From: Sphagnum compactum
Taxonomy: Eukaryota
Assembly (NCBI GenBank): GCA_965153455.1
Contig: OZ234494.1
Span: 8,680,001 to 8,744,000 of the forward strand
DNA length: 64,000 bases
Reading direction: 5' to 3'
Both the position numbers and the translations under genes were made by a program. The notes under the pieces were generated by a model that was not told the origin of the DNA, did no database searches, and saw only the letters and a program-made list of their open reading frames with translations. Below are positions 36,501 to 50,900 of this stretch, piece after piece (positions within the stretch are counted from its first letter, which is position 1; every line of letters begins with the position of its first letter).

Positions 36501-37351
36501 GACTGGCAATGGTTCAGTGCCTGTAGCCTGCTTATCCATGGTGGGTATCCTGTTCATTGTATTGGTTTGATAAGTTGTTCTCAAAGGTATATACAGTGGT
36601 ATTTAGTGAACCATTCTGGCATCAAGGTGTACTATTTGGGCTGCAGTATGTGATGCTCATGAAGCAGCATTCTTGTGAGTAATGCTGCTGGATATGCTAG
36701 TTGTACCAAAAAAAAGGGTTCTAATTGAGTAGGTAGGGTGTGGAAAGACATTGCACATTCCTTGGGTGATGTTTTAAAGTACCACCTTGTATGTGTGTTG
36801 TAGGTGCTGAAATAACACTTGGGGGGCCCTTTTGTTACAGACTTTGTCAATGGATGCGATAGCTGGCCTAGATGGGATCAATGTCACAGGAGAAGTCACT
36901 CTGAATGATCTTACCCTGCAGCTGAAATGGAGTGACATTGGGACATTCCCTGTCAAACTTTTGCAGGTACTATTAAATGCTTGTCTTTTGTTGTTGTTTG
37001 TGCCTTCAGTTGTCAGGCTGACATCAAATGTGCTTTAGCCTCTTCAGACACATGTTTGCAGTTTTACAGAACATCACTAATACATGTCAAGAATTGGTGA
37101 ACTATGGTGTCTGACAGTTGCCCACTGGGTGTTACCTTTTTTCTGTGCAGCCAATGGTGCGCATGGTCTTGTCAAAGGTAATCATACCCATATTGAATAT
37201 CAATCTGAAGAGGGGGTTTCCGCTACCAGTGATCCCAGCAATTGACCTCCAAGATGCAGATGTCAGATATGATGATGGCTGCATCCTTATTTGTAGCAAT
37301 GTTTACTACAAGAGCGGCTACATCAAAACCTTCAGTCTGCCTTTTGGGTAA
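33563..37351 (+). CDS. BPI/LBP-family lipid-binding glycoprotein, 7 exons, ~626 aa
   Basis: Exons 33563-33991, 34358-34741, 35101-35240, 35579-35930, 36292-36540, 36841-36966 and 37151-37351 have GT-AG boundaries and keep frame; N-terminal hydrophobic signal; motifs GILVTLSEVG, LHGGASWLYQW, LNTAFWKWIIPQLYKKYPN, RGFPLP. Confidence 0.9.
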
Positions 37352-38675
37352 ACTATATTTGCAAAATGCCTTTTCTTAATGGAAAAACATCATGTTGGAG
37401 ACTTCCAAGACATGCAACAAGATTATATTCTGCTGAAAGAAGCAGAGGACGCATGGCTGATCGAAGAAGCTTGGGATGTAATGTGGAATTCAAGAAGATG
37501 GGGAATAACAATGTGGGTTCTAAAATATTGGTGGGAAACATGCAAATATGTGCTGTGCCCTATCATGGTGTGTCAGGGCACAGGTATGAATCTGCACTTT
37601 ACTCTTTTGATTTGAGATGTTCCTAAACTTTCCAAAACCACCAATTGTACTAAGCCCTTTGTCCCTGACCGATTTTAGAACGTAGTAGTACACTTATGGA
37701 GGTGTACAACAATATTAGGAGGAGTTTCAGTAAAGGGCATTTGTTCCAGAGGTAAATGAGCCCTAGTGCATGGATAGTGTAGAATAAGCAGCATGCAAAA
37801 GGTGTTGTTGTAGTGATGGATTTGAAGTGATTTGACTTGTAAAATATGACAAGGTGGTTTACACTAGTAATTAGTCCATCCAGTGGACATGTCCCTCTTA
37901 TTATGTGCATCTTGTCAGACCATTTTGTTGTAAGTATATTCCAGTTAGTTCTCTTTTATGAAAAAGGTGTCGAGGATGCATGTTCAAGCATTTTGTGGTA
38001 TGTATATTCCAGTTAGTTGCTGGTAATGTTGATGACTGATTGAAATTGAAGATTGTGCTCGTTTTTTGTTGCCTTAGATAAACTGTGCTCAGTCTGGTGA
38101 TATGACATGGCTGCTGAGCAATTTGTTAGTTTGGCAAGGGAGTTCTTTCTCTTGTGGTTGAAAAGATACTCTTACAATGTGGATCTGAAAGGATGCAGTC
38201 TGGTGATATGTGGTATCTGTAAATACAAGAGTGGTGCAAATTTGAACAATCCTAGAATGAAATCATGTCATAATGCTTTCTTAGGGTTTTCAAGGTCCCC
38301 TTACAACAACCACTGTTTCCTTGGATTAAAGCGAAGAGATTCAATTGAGCTAAGTCCTGGTGGAAGTACACAAAAACATCAAAGATTGAAGTCAAAACAA
38401 TTATTCAGGAACAGAGTTTCCATTATAGCAATGCAAAGAACACTTGTAAATGAAAACTTTAATGTCAGTTAGATATGAAGGAAACTCACAGGACGCTGTG
38501 AATCTACTCACTCATAACTGGACTGTGAAAAGAAACAGGCACTTCGTACAGAATGATTGAATGTATTTCTAACGTTTTGGGGAAAAAAAAGAATTCAGCA
38601 ACCTGATTACTACATAGTACATATCACAACTGTTGCCACCATAATCCAGGTATGCATTTTGGAGCTAGCAGAAAT

Positions 38676-41600
38676 TCATTTTTTCAAGTGATCATGAATT
38701 ATGCACATAATTCTAGCAATTCCTCTTAATGCATGTGTGACAAAGCTTTTCAAATGGGAGTTTCTTAGCTGTGGTGTAGCATCATGTCGGAGGGCATCTG
38801 CAAGTGAAGAAAAGCCATGATGAATGGCCTTTGAGGAGCCATCATGCTCCATCACTGGGACTTCACAAAATTCAAGGAGTTTTGCCTTGTGTGGGGGGTT
38901 AAGTGCCCATTGCATTGCCCAGATGGCTAGTGGCCTCATGTATGTAAGTGATCTGTAGTAGCCATCGATAGTCCATGCTTCTGGTGTTTGGAAAGAGTAC
39001 CTGTTAACAAAATACACTAGAACTTCTTGAACAAGTTCAAAGCTTACAACAAATGTGAGATCCCTTCCTTCAACACATCTAGTCATAATATCCAGAAGCC
39101 TCCACATCAATAAGCTGAAGAAAGCACATGATCAAGCGCAACATATTATGGAGGTCATGGATTCATTACCCAAGGTCAGACCAGCCTGCAAGAAACACAC
39201 CCTCAGCTACAGTGAATGCTTGGTCCTTCATGCCTTCTTGTATCATGGCAGCAGCAATGGAATACGTAACACCTGTCCAAATCTCCCGAGATTGCATAGA
39301 TGTTGTATCAAGTGTTGCATTAGGGTGCATTCCATTCACGGCACCAAACTTACCACCTTTGACTTTCATCACATTGAAGTCATATATTTTCTGAAATGTG
39401 CTGCGAGATTTGTCGTTGTCAACAATGGGAGGCAGCTCTAAAGCCCGAGAATACCATTGTCCAGCCATCTGATCTGCCTGCAATGTAGGTTTCACACAGA
39501 TTTTTGTAATCAAGCAAAATGTGGAGCTCTACCTGCAGTAATCCTGACCTTCCACTCTCACAAGAAAAGACCAGTTCATTGCACTTACTACAACCAACAG
39601 CACTCACCTGAATCGCATTGCTGTCACTGCTTGTACCAGAATCATAATTGAAGTAGGAACCATTCCATAATTTCTTCTCATACACTTCCTGAGCTTGGTG
39701 GAATTTTGCTCGAAAGTACTGTGCAGTCTCCTTATCTTCTACTATGTCTGCCATGGCTGCAGTTGCTTGGAGAGCAGCCAACCATAATCCCCCACAGTAA
39801 GCACTAACACCATGCACAGACCAAGCATCATATGTCTGGTCAGGGAACCCATCATTTTCAATCATACCGTCCCTGTCTCTGTCAAATTGGTCCATATATG
39901 CCATAGCTGCAAACACCGCAGGCCACACTGCCCTTGCAAATACTGTGTCTCCTGTTGCCACCACATCCCTGTATACCTGGTTTATAAGGCAAAAAATTCA
40001 GTACCTTCTTGACATGATTGATGATGCCAGGGAAAAATTCTGCTGGGATCTCAGGGAGGTTACTCTTTGTATATTTTATGAAGCATGTGAGATAAAGGAA
40101 TAAAGGGGCATTTTTTCATATGCTATGAAATAATAGAATATTAAAAAACTATTTTATTAAAATTGGGAATATTTTAGATATATTTCAGGTATATTTGCAT
40201 AATCCAATTCTTGGCACCTTATTTATATTGAAGTGAATTATAAAATCTACTTTTTTTCATTAAGTTGCACCTTATATCTTTTTGCACATCATTTGGGAAA
40301 AAATAGAAGTAACCTCCCCTAAGTTGGGATGCCACAACCGCAACAACCTTAGATGGGAATTTCAGGAGAGAAACCGAACAACCTTGAAGGGAGTTGTAAT
40401 AATATCAAATACCTGAAGCACAAATTTTGGGTTGAGATCCTTCCACCGACTGGTATCATGAATATTGTATGCATTGACTTGTATCCATGGATTGTGTTGA
40501 CCGAGATCATGTGGCACAGCACCAAAAACTTTTCTGATACCTGTTCTTCCATCATCCAGGAACATAACTTTCTCTCTATCATTGGAAAGAGTGGCAGCTG
40601 CAAAATCTCTTTGCAGGCTGAGCTCGAGCTTGGGGAAAAGAGATACAAGAGCAAATGAGGCATAAAAGTGCACATCATATGTACACCACATTATGTACTC
40701 CAGGCCTTCCAAATAAAGAAACTGACCCACATTTTCTTCTCCTTTCTGAAGAAGAGCTAAACCAGAAGGCAGTCCTGCTTTTGATCCATCTTTTGGATCA
40801 TGAGTCATTGCTGCCTGCACAGCCTTCAGTAACAATATCTCTGTTCTCTCTATTGGTGCAAGCTGCTCTGTATTTTTCTCTACTGACTCAGTTATCTTTG
40901 CTGTCTCCATATTGATTGAATTTTGGAGAACTCGGGAAGCAGGAGTTGAGTTTGCCAACAAGATATCTGAGCCTGCTTCAATTGCTGCTTGCCCATCTGC
41001 ACCAGAGAGCAACACAGTGGTATATGGATCATGAGAGTTCTTGCATCAGCGGGGTGAGGGAATTGGGCGATGGGCAGTGTGGGAGCTGAGACAAAAGGGA
41101 AATTAGTTTACATAAGTCTAGTAGGACTGCATTGCTGAACACATATAGATCATTCATACCTGTCCAAACTGTGCCCCCAGCAACCAGATAATACAACTCA
41201 TTGAAGAGAGTAATACGGTACCTGAAAAGTACCCATGAACACCCAAATCAACATCAAAGTTAATAATTGTTTTTGAGAAGAAAGGAGTATACAAACTCAG
41301 TCCATTTTGGTCATTTCTTTAGAAGTGTCTCCAAGATTGTATCAGGTCCCCTTGTGTTCACAGCAACATTATCACTCAATGAGACCTTAACCTACTGAAC
41401 ACCCAAATTGGTGAGCTTCAGTGTAACACACTTGTTGCAAAGCCTCTCTCTATATGGTTGGGGTTAAAAATGGGGTATAATGAGCAGGCAATGCATATTG
41501 AAGCACACTTAGGTAACCTTGAAAATGTACTGACATGTTGATGTGGTATATTAGGATTGGTTGCTCTTTTTTATTTGGATTGATTATAGTGTTTAAATTT

Positions 41601-44600
41601 TGCTTAAAAGAATTGATTATAATTCTTCAAAAATGCTTTTGGGATACTTTATCCTCATTAGATTCATTTCAAATTTATTCTAATGTTACAGTGAGAGATC
41701 AGAAGTATCTGTAAAAACATCACACGTTTTCAACAGTAACCTAGTCTGTAATTGAAAACGATGTAAAATAAGCAATTGCTATAGGGCTCTATAACTACGA
41801 ATGTACTACATGAGTTTGAAAGCCACAAGTCAATGTGTTGCAAAAACAACTAAGTACCTATTAGTCTATTTCTGATTTATGCAAAAAATTTAGCATCTCT
41901 AATGACACTGAAGTAATAGCAACCTTTTGAGAAGAGATCATCAAGGCACTGTACTCACCATTCAGGTAAGGTTTCATCCCTTAGGATTGGTTGCTGCCAA
42001 TCTTCAATTGCAACCTCCCACTTTCGATAATCTGTATGCATCACCTAGTAAGCAGAGGAGTGTAGTAAATTTCTTTCTATTCACAAACTAAAGTTCTGAA
42101 ATCCAAGTTAATGTCCAATGTAAGATTTCTTAGTAGTTCAAGGAGTCTTAAGTACCAAGAAGTGCATCATGTGCAAGCTTTGAAGCAGCATGGCCCTTGG
42201 GACCATAGAACTGTGTATATCGCCTGCAATCAACGCGAAATATGTGGTTACTAATTTATAAGGTAAAAATAAACACAAATTTGGCATTCTTTTGAAGTGA
42301 CCAGAAGCGCACCGGTAATAGGAACTTCCTTTCCCAAACTTGGCTTCTGGAGAATCCCATGCCAGTGCAAAGACAACCTCTTTCTTTTCATTTGGAGGTA
42401 TTAGGACTTGAGCTGCAAGAGCTGCACCAATAGATGCACCTTTTTGTGAAGGCTTGGAGATGCCAGAATGCCAATTTCCACTATCAAAGGCACCCTTCTG
42501 CAAAACAGAGAGGAAAAATAAAGCATGTGTTGTTATAGCTGTCAAAAGGCCGACTAAAATATAACATAAAGATGTAAGGCAAACTTTAGCTGCACATGAG
42601 TACATGACTTGGAAGTTTTTTTCATCAAAATCAACAACATTGCCAGCCACTTCAACAAAGACATGGGATTGATCACATTCAACATGGAAGCTTGACCTCC
42701 TCTAAGTGCTTCAAGAGCCTTTAAGAACCAAATAAGCCATCCTCAAGCAACGCTCACTATTTGCTTCCACATCCATCACTGTACAAAAGAGTTGAAGAAT
42801 TACACCTGCGGATTGATGCGGAAGTCTGGCTGGCACAAAGTGCAAAGAGCAACTGACAATTTCCAGTTGAAGATAACATGTCAACAACATAAAACAATAG
42901 CCAACAATATAGAAGAGGAGCTCAAGGGATCATACCTCCTTCATTTCCCTCCAGATTGCCTTTGCACTATGGTCACCCTCTTTATCAAGAATTGAGAAGC
43001 TGGGAAATGTTGATATTGTTACGCCCTGCGTCTCCTTGGCTGCAATTGCAAATGTGACTGGGCTGCCTCCTTTAGCAGCTGTCCTGCATATTTCCCAACC
43101 TAATTATTAGCAAAAAAAATTACATAAGCTACTTCGATAAAAGATATTAACTAGCAGAAAGATGGGTTTGAAGCTTGTTGAACTAGTTTTCAATGGCTGA
43201 TCAATGCTTTTGTCATGAATTCAGAAAAGCGAAGAGTGTAACGGACTTGTTTTCATGGAAACCAAGTTACTCTTATCTCTTGTTAGATTGCTGCAAGAAT
43301 TCTCCTAAATACCTGACAAAGCTCTCTTAGAGGAAACAACGTTCCTAACCATTTGTCTTTCTAGATCCTAACGGTCGATGTCAACTGAAACTTGCATGAA
43401 TATGCATGCAGGGTATCAGATCTGTCACACAAGCATCGATGTGAAATTGGATGAAAAGGTAGAGACTTGCTCATGATGAAGGTGCACACCGCGTACTCCA
43501 TCCTCATCCCTGGAACCACCAGAACCATCAAGAAGTTTTTTATTTGATTTTCCTCAAACCCCCCCATAAGAAACCCTTCAAATCATTTGGGTGAGATTTC
43601 TGACCCTTGTTATTTATATAGCAAATGCTCTCATACTTGTTTCTGTGTAGGCATGGAGTAAACATCTTGTACATAGTAATCCTGAGAACAATATCAGCAT
43701 TCAGCTTTTGGTATATGGGAATTGTGACTAACACATATGGTTCGTTGAAGTGTCCACCTGTTGAAGCAGAAGTTCCACCGATTGAGTTCTGTCACAAACC
43801 CAGTGTCCACAAGACCGAGGTCAGCACACTTGAACTGTCAATGTGAGATTAGTTTAAGAGATTTGAGTCCACAAAACACACAAATCAAACAAGAATTGAA
43901 ATCCTCAAATGTTTGTACACGTTATCCGCATCTGTCACAGTGTCATGAGGCTCCAAACTATCCAAGCAATTTTCAGGCCCCATTAATGCTGCTGAAGAAC
44001 TTAGGGAGGTTACTCTTTCTATATTTTATGAAGCATGTGAAATAATAAAGATTTTTTCAAATGGTATGAACTTGTAATAAAATTAAGAAAATATTTTATT
44101 AAAATTGAAAATATTTTAAATATATGAAATGAAAGCACACTCTGGTGGTTAAAGATTATTATAAATATTATTTTTTAAAATTGTGTGTTTTTGAAGTTTT
44201 GCTAAGTTAATATTGAAATGATTTTCTGTAATATTATTTCAAATAATGGAGTTCAAAATTCAAAGAATAAGATTGTTTAGAAAAAAATTGATATTAAATG
44301 ATTGAAAAATATATGACTGAAAATATTATAATCATGCCGATATATTGCAAAGTGCAAATATATTTTAAAAATTATTCAACTGATTATCAAATTTAACTTC
44401 ATAAAATATTTAATCATACATTACATATGAGTTCATTGTCCCATTTCAATTTTATATGAACAATTTTAATCGTGAGATTTCATAAAAAAACATTTGAATG
44501 AGTTTTTTATTCATAATTTAAAAAAAAAACACTAACATTTAAAAAATAACAAAAATTATGTTGGAAGATTTGTGTTAAAAATCTAATTTCAATGTTTCTC

Positions 44601-47600
44601 AAAACACTAAATAAAAAAAAAAAATCTGTTTCAAAATATTACAAAATATATTAAAAAACGAATATTTTTTTTTGGACCTAAAATGTACCATCGTAATGTG
44701 CTTTCACCTTATTCTAAATGTATTCTTCTAATCCAATTCTTGGCACCATATTTATATTGAAATGTATTATAAAACTTACTGATTTTCATTAAGTTGCAGT
44801 TTGTATTTTTTCGCATGTCATTTGAAAAAAATTGAAAAGTAACCTCCCCTGGCTGAAGAAATTAGGCATAAAGAATAAGTCTTATATCATACCAAGTGGA
44901 ACTCTTAATAAAGAACTGGAACGATGACTTACTGCCCATGTGAAAAGGAGGCTCACATCTGCATTTTCATTTCCTGTGTTGACGAGCTGCAACAAAAAGG
45001 GTCAATATGCACCTGGCTGATCAAATGACAAACTTACAGATAGCATACGTCACCAGATTCAAGATTAACCCAACAAAAATTGTGAATTATACAAGATTTG
45101 TGGAGCAGTGGTTTCTCACCACATATGAAAACACGCACACCGGGAAGCTGCTTTCAGTGTAGTTATGAGGTATGAATGGAGATATCTGTCGGCATGAGAT
45201 CTTCAGATCTGAATCCGGTTCACCTGCAGTGTGATTGATGATACAATTGAGGAGTGATTTGATAAAAGGGACAACCCAGAAACTATTCAGAAGCTATGAA
45301 ATCGACAACTGGATCAACATCACAATGGAGATAGAATTTGCCTCTAACTACTAGCTTGGGAAAAATGCATCGTCTAGGAGCTGATGTGAGCAGATCTTAT
45401 ATTATCGTAGTAAACAGGCAAGGAGTAAAATTTGTATGAACTACATGAGGAACAAGAGATCTTACCATCGTATATTGTCCAAGCTCGCGGAAAAAGAGCA
45501 TGGTATGTAGAATACTGACCATTTAAGTTCCAGTCCCAAGATAAGATGCCTGGATTCTTGTCCTCTCTACAATCAAAAGCATACAATTTGGGTCAAACCT
45601 TCCAATCTTGAAGGGGGATTTTTTGAAACACTATAATTTTACAGACAAATGGAGGTTTGTGGCAGGTTGAGAGAACTTAGAAGGTCCAGGATCAACCAGT
45701 TTTATGTCATGAAGAACTTCAGATTTCTAAATGCTATCGTGTAAATATAACCTTTCAAGGTCCTGAGGACGACCAGGTGCAAGAACTGAAGAAATCTTTG
45801 TCTGCTTCTTAGCACCCCCATCTTCTTTGTCACGCGTGACAAACACCTACCCAACATTCAGCAAGAGGTTGTCAGAGCACTGTTACGCTGTAATTTGAGC
45901 TTCAACATTGTAAGTTATAGTTTCTGTTCTTGAAAATCTTTAGACCATTTACTTAATTCTGGATTGAACTGTTCATTTTGGAGTTTTTTAACCTGGCGAT
46001 TGGATCAAGTTTTCTACAGGCAAAACATCTATTGGTTGAACTGTCTAATGAAACAAAACATTATTAATATGTGTTGTCGCATCATCTAGTGATTCCCAAA
46101 TCAAAATTCTCTCTAGTTTTTGAATTTTCAAATGGTCAATTGTTAATTCTGAACTGAAAAGTTCAGAGTCAACTAAATATATGCAACCAATTGTGTTGCT
46201 GGTCATGATCTAGAAGAATCCATGCCATCTTCTTCACTTGCAATAAAGACAGTGACATCATCATGTGTCGGCTGTAAATATATGGGATTTCACATAAAAC
46301 TAATTTATGAAGGTGCCCAAGTTTGAGATGAGGGGAATTCAGGCTGAAAGTTTACAGAGAATTGGTTGGCCAACACGGGGGATTCCTCACATACACCTGG
46401 GATCAGCTGCCACCGATTGAATTCACCTCTGAAGCCCCGGCCAATACTTCCACCTCTGCACATCAAGTATGATGTCAAAAGGTTACATAGTATAACTATG
46501 CTCAAGATTGTAGAAAAAAACTTCACAAAAACACTTTGAGAGTAACCTGCAGTGTGTCAGTTAGTTCTAGCCAGACCCAAAACACACACAGCAAGAATGT
46601 GCACTGCAATCACATTACATTACTCCAATGTGGGAATGTGATTCCTCTGAACAAAATTGTGGAACTTGGGCTAGTGAACATCGTGCGGACAAAAGATTGG
46701 AAAGGACAGTCGCAATTGTAGTAAAAGAAGAAAGTTTCCTGGCACTGACCCCATTCCACCAAGAGGTACCCCATGGCAGGCTGAAGGTTTTGGTCCCCAG
46801 GTAAAAGGATCAATTGGAGGGGTCTGCACAGCCAAAGCAGCTTGTCAAAGCTGGTAATCAGAGCTTACAGCAGCAGGAAAAAAAACCCATGGTCCAAAAG
46901 AAGCAAAAGTTTGGTACCTAGCCCTTTAGATGAAAAATTATAGCAGGACTTCTGCAAGGTTCATGATGCCAAATCTGATGGTAGATCTTGTACAAAACAA
47001 GCATGAAATCATTTGTTACACAGACAGAAAATACAAGAATCTGCATTGAACAAGAATTTTCCTATGGTTGGAAGTTTGATACCCTTCCTTGCGCAAGTTC
47101 TGATCCCACATAAAACAACATCCGCAATCCCAATGGTAACTGCCATTGCAGAGCAAATAAGACAACAATCTTCAATCTGTTTTCATATTCAATTTCTCAA
47201 ACTGAATTGCAACAAATTTTAAGCATTGTTATATGGTACCATTAAGTTATATTTTTCTTGCTGAGACATGATTTGCCAGGAGCAGCAGCACTTGAGCAAG
47301 AAAATACAAATTGGTCACATGCTCCTAGTTCTAAACTGGTGAAGGCCGGTGCAGTGGGGGCAAAAGATGATGTAAAGATCACCATGCTTAAAAGCTCCAT
47401 GAATGTCAGTGAAAATGATCTCAGAAAATTGACATGGCTGTTCAGCTTGCGCCGCCACGCCTGCTCTGGAGGAGCTCCAGGATCATGATCCAGCTGCACC
47501 CCCAAGAATTAGGTCATGCAAAGTAACATCAATTCAAACTTTAAAGTTGAGTAGTTTGGAACTTGACTCTTCTGCAACGGTCTAGATCCATCCGAGGTGC

Positions 47601-47919
47601 ACACACATTATGACACAATGCAGCAAAATCTGCAGTGCTATCCATCCTCTTATGCAGTTCAATTATTATCTTCCCTGGATCATCATACCCTGGCTTATAG
47701 AACTCTTAAGAAACTTGCACCTGATCAAGGCTTCAACTCCAGGAACACACATGAGATTTTACTATATACTCATTGTAAGTCTATATCATCGAGACATACC
47801 AAAGCCAGAGTAGGCTTGTGGACGTAGTCAGCAAGCGGCCAGTACGATGCAGACCTTGGATCATGATCATGCAAGATTGTCTTTCCAGTACTCCATGCAT
47901 CTCCGTAGAAAGCTGCCAT
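38676..47919 (-). CDS. GBA2: Non-lysosomal glucosylceramidase (GH116, GBA2-like), multi-exon
   Basis: Exon motifs [111 protein letters not shown]; probable ATG at 47919; first exons 47800-47919, 47383-47493, 47083-47139, 46750-46823, 46356-46455. Confidence 0.93.
40050..40322. mobile_element. Intronic MITE (hAT-type), short form
   Basis: TIR core AGGGAGGTTACT / AGTAACCTCCCCT; TSD GCTGGGAT/GTTGGGAT. Confidence 0.75.
44000..44852. mobile_element. Intronic MITE (hAT-type), long AT-rich form of the same family
   Basis: Same TIRs and subterminal sequence as 40050-40322; perfect TSD CTGAAGAA at 43992-43999 and 44853-44860. Confidence 0.85.
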
Positions 47920-50900
47920 TGCTGCACTGACGTATAATCAAACGATCTTCCTGAAGATGTTCCTTATTCCTTCCACAAATCGCTCTTATTTTCTCGGGTT
48001 AGATCATACATTCTAACCCCGAATATCCCAGTAGTACTTGGAGCAGCAGCAGCAGCAGATCTGGTGACGTATTTGCAGGAAGGTATTTTCAGATCAATGT
48101 CGAAGGAAGATTTGATCACTCGCAAGTTATTTACAGTTAGAAAAGTTCGGAACAAACCGCAATTTCATGTATAAATCTGCAATATCAGAAGGCAGCAGCT
48201 GAGTTCTTTGCCATTACAACAACAACAACTGCAGCAGCTAGCTGGGTCCATGAGGAGGAGGAGAGGAGAAAAGCTTCCGCTTCTTCCGTGAAGTGCAAAT
48301 AAGCTATAATTTAAGACGTCTTCAACAAACAAACTTTTTTTCCCCCCGGTGATCCACCACGTCCCCGCCGTCCGGCCCCATTGAAAAGTTTAGGAGAAGA
48401 AAGTTGCGCACGAGGTTGACAAAAACATGATTCATATAAGCTTGTCCTCAACTCAACCATACTTAAGGACGCGGCAAAACGACTGTAGCTAGTCTTATGT
48501 TTGAAGCTCTGATCCTTTCTACCAGAGAATTTCTCCGATCAAATCCTCTTAAAGTCCATATACCTGTGGATTCAGTGGTGGCCAACTGCCCTATTCTGAT
48601 GATCAGGTTGAAAAGAAACTCGTTCGGACAACGAGGTGTTGACATGATCGCTACGTCCACTCAGACGAAAAACCTACATCCATCAGCAAACCATCTACAA
48701 CAAGGAAAAACGATAAAGTGCCGATGGTCACATATAAATTAACTATTGCTAAAATTAAGTAACAACGTACCCAAATTCGAAATTTGCTTGGAGGCTAAAG
48801 GTTTAGGGTACTTGAATTGGGGATAAAAGAAAAGGTCAACAAGGAGAAGGCTTGATTTATGGAAGTATCGAAGTATTGAACATGTGGGGGATATAGGGCC
48901 TCTTGGGTGTGTATGCTGGCTCACCTCATTGGCTGCCAGCAAATTCGATGTCCACCTCTGTTTTTACCATTTTTGACCTATGGCAAGGGCACAAACTGCG
49001 GGACATTGAGGACGTAAATTAAAGAGACCCTTATTTGAAAATCCCAGAAACATGGGTTTCCTTCGCCTTGGCTCCTCCTCATCACTATTTTTTTTCCTCA
49101 TTTTGTCATGTCGAAATTTTGGCGAAATTTAACAGTAAATTGAGCAAAATTAATCGAATTTTACACTAGGCATAAAAAATCCAAAAAAATCCCAATTTCT
49201 TTGTCGAAAAGTGGCGAAATTTAGCCAGAAAAAAAACACTGCGAGTCCTCATAACGGGCAGGGCTTTACCAGGTTCTTCCGTCACTAGGAAAGCCGCCAG
49301 AAGCTGAGCCCGGTAGGATCCTGTCCGTTCCCTTGCGTAAAGGTCTGTAGTAAAATGGCTGAGTTAGGTCGTAACTATAAATAGATAGGTAGCAAATCCA
49401 GAATCGGCCACTGTGGTAGCCGATTCTGCCATTTAACAAGGTCTGGGAAACCGGCCGAATCGGCAGGTACTGGAGAGCTCGGGGAGGGGGACTGGGAGAC
49501 CCGCGCGCAACGACGAAGGTGACGTATCGTGTCGAACTCGTGCATTCGAGACTGGGATCAGGACTGAAGAAGAATCTTAGGGGAAATAAATTTCAACTTT
49601 GGCTTTAGGGAATATTTTTGTGTACGCGAGTCCCAAAAGCGATTAGCAGTCTAGAGATATTAATCACAAGCAACGTTTTTAGGATCCCTGTGGGACCATC
49701 AACAAAACCTTGAATTTCCCCGATGCAAACATGAAATCGTTTGTTTGACAATGGGAAAATACAACGATTCCTCTGTTTCACACACAATGGGAAAATTAGG
49801 AGACGAACATTGAAATATTGATCCCACGATTCCCTTGGAGAGATTTCCAAAAGTTTTGTTAACTCAACTTTAACTCGTTAGAGGTTTCTACTCTTTTTTC
49901 CCTACAGGGAATGGCGAAAAAGTTTCTTGTCAATCGTCGACCAAAGCGGAGAGAAAATGACTTAGATGATCCGACTTTTATGCTTCAAAGGTCTCTCTAG
50001 TTGATGCACTACTGAACGAAGCAAACGAAAAAAAAGAGGAAGAAAAGGGTTAACACGGGTGAGATACTGAGATCCACGATTCAGAAGAAAATCTAGCCTT
50101 CCCAATCAAGCATCTGCAATCTCAAAAAATTATCTAGCACATGGAATAAGACACGCCATCCCCAAAACCTTGCACTCAAAGTTTTTAAAGATATTACGTG
50201 TGCATGACGCATGATCGAGTGTGCAATCTTTCACTGAACGCCACAAAATTACGAGCTGCCACAAAATGCAGCCGCTAGCTCCGTGTAATTAACACTCGAC
50301 GCCCATTCACCGACCTTCAGTCGTAACGTATAACTGTTTAAAGAAGTATGATAAAATCTGGTAGCAAACAATTAAACCAGCAGAGTAGCTATATATCTAG
50401 ATTGAGCTGCCAGCTGTAGAAGACAAAATGGCAGTAGTAGAATGCAATTGATTAAGTAAACTTTCTCATGTATATAACAAGGCGCCCAAGGAAGTGCTCC
50501 GCATCAAACAAGGGAACAGGACGACTACAGCGGCAGCGATCCGTCCACCACCAGCTCACGAAAGCAAAGCTGCTGTGCGTAAGTTTGAATACACAACAAC
50601 AGTAGCAACACTGGCAGTAACAACTGTAGAAACCAAGGTACAGCAACAACTCCTGGACCAAAACCCACAAAAAGAATCTCAAAAGAAAGCTCCAAACAAG
50701 GCCTACACGACCAATACCTCATCACAGGACGCTCGTCACAACACAATTCACCGCTGCGCTCGGCGATGATCCTCGCAAACACCGGAGAAACAGAACAGAG
50801 AAAATGACTCGCACAAAGGAGAGGGGAAAAAAAACGCAAAAAAGGGCAAAAAAGAAGACAACCGTCGATTTCTCCTTATCCCACATAATTAATTAATTAA

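Noticed and set aside
48460-50840. Short ORFs upstream of GBA2, including PLFDAEHFLGRLVIYMRK
   Set aside because: Possibly a decayed gene, but I could not build a consistent exon chain or assign a family.
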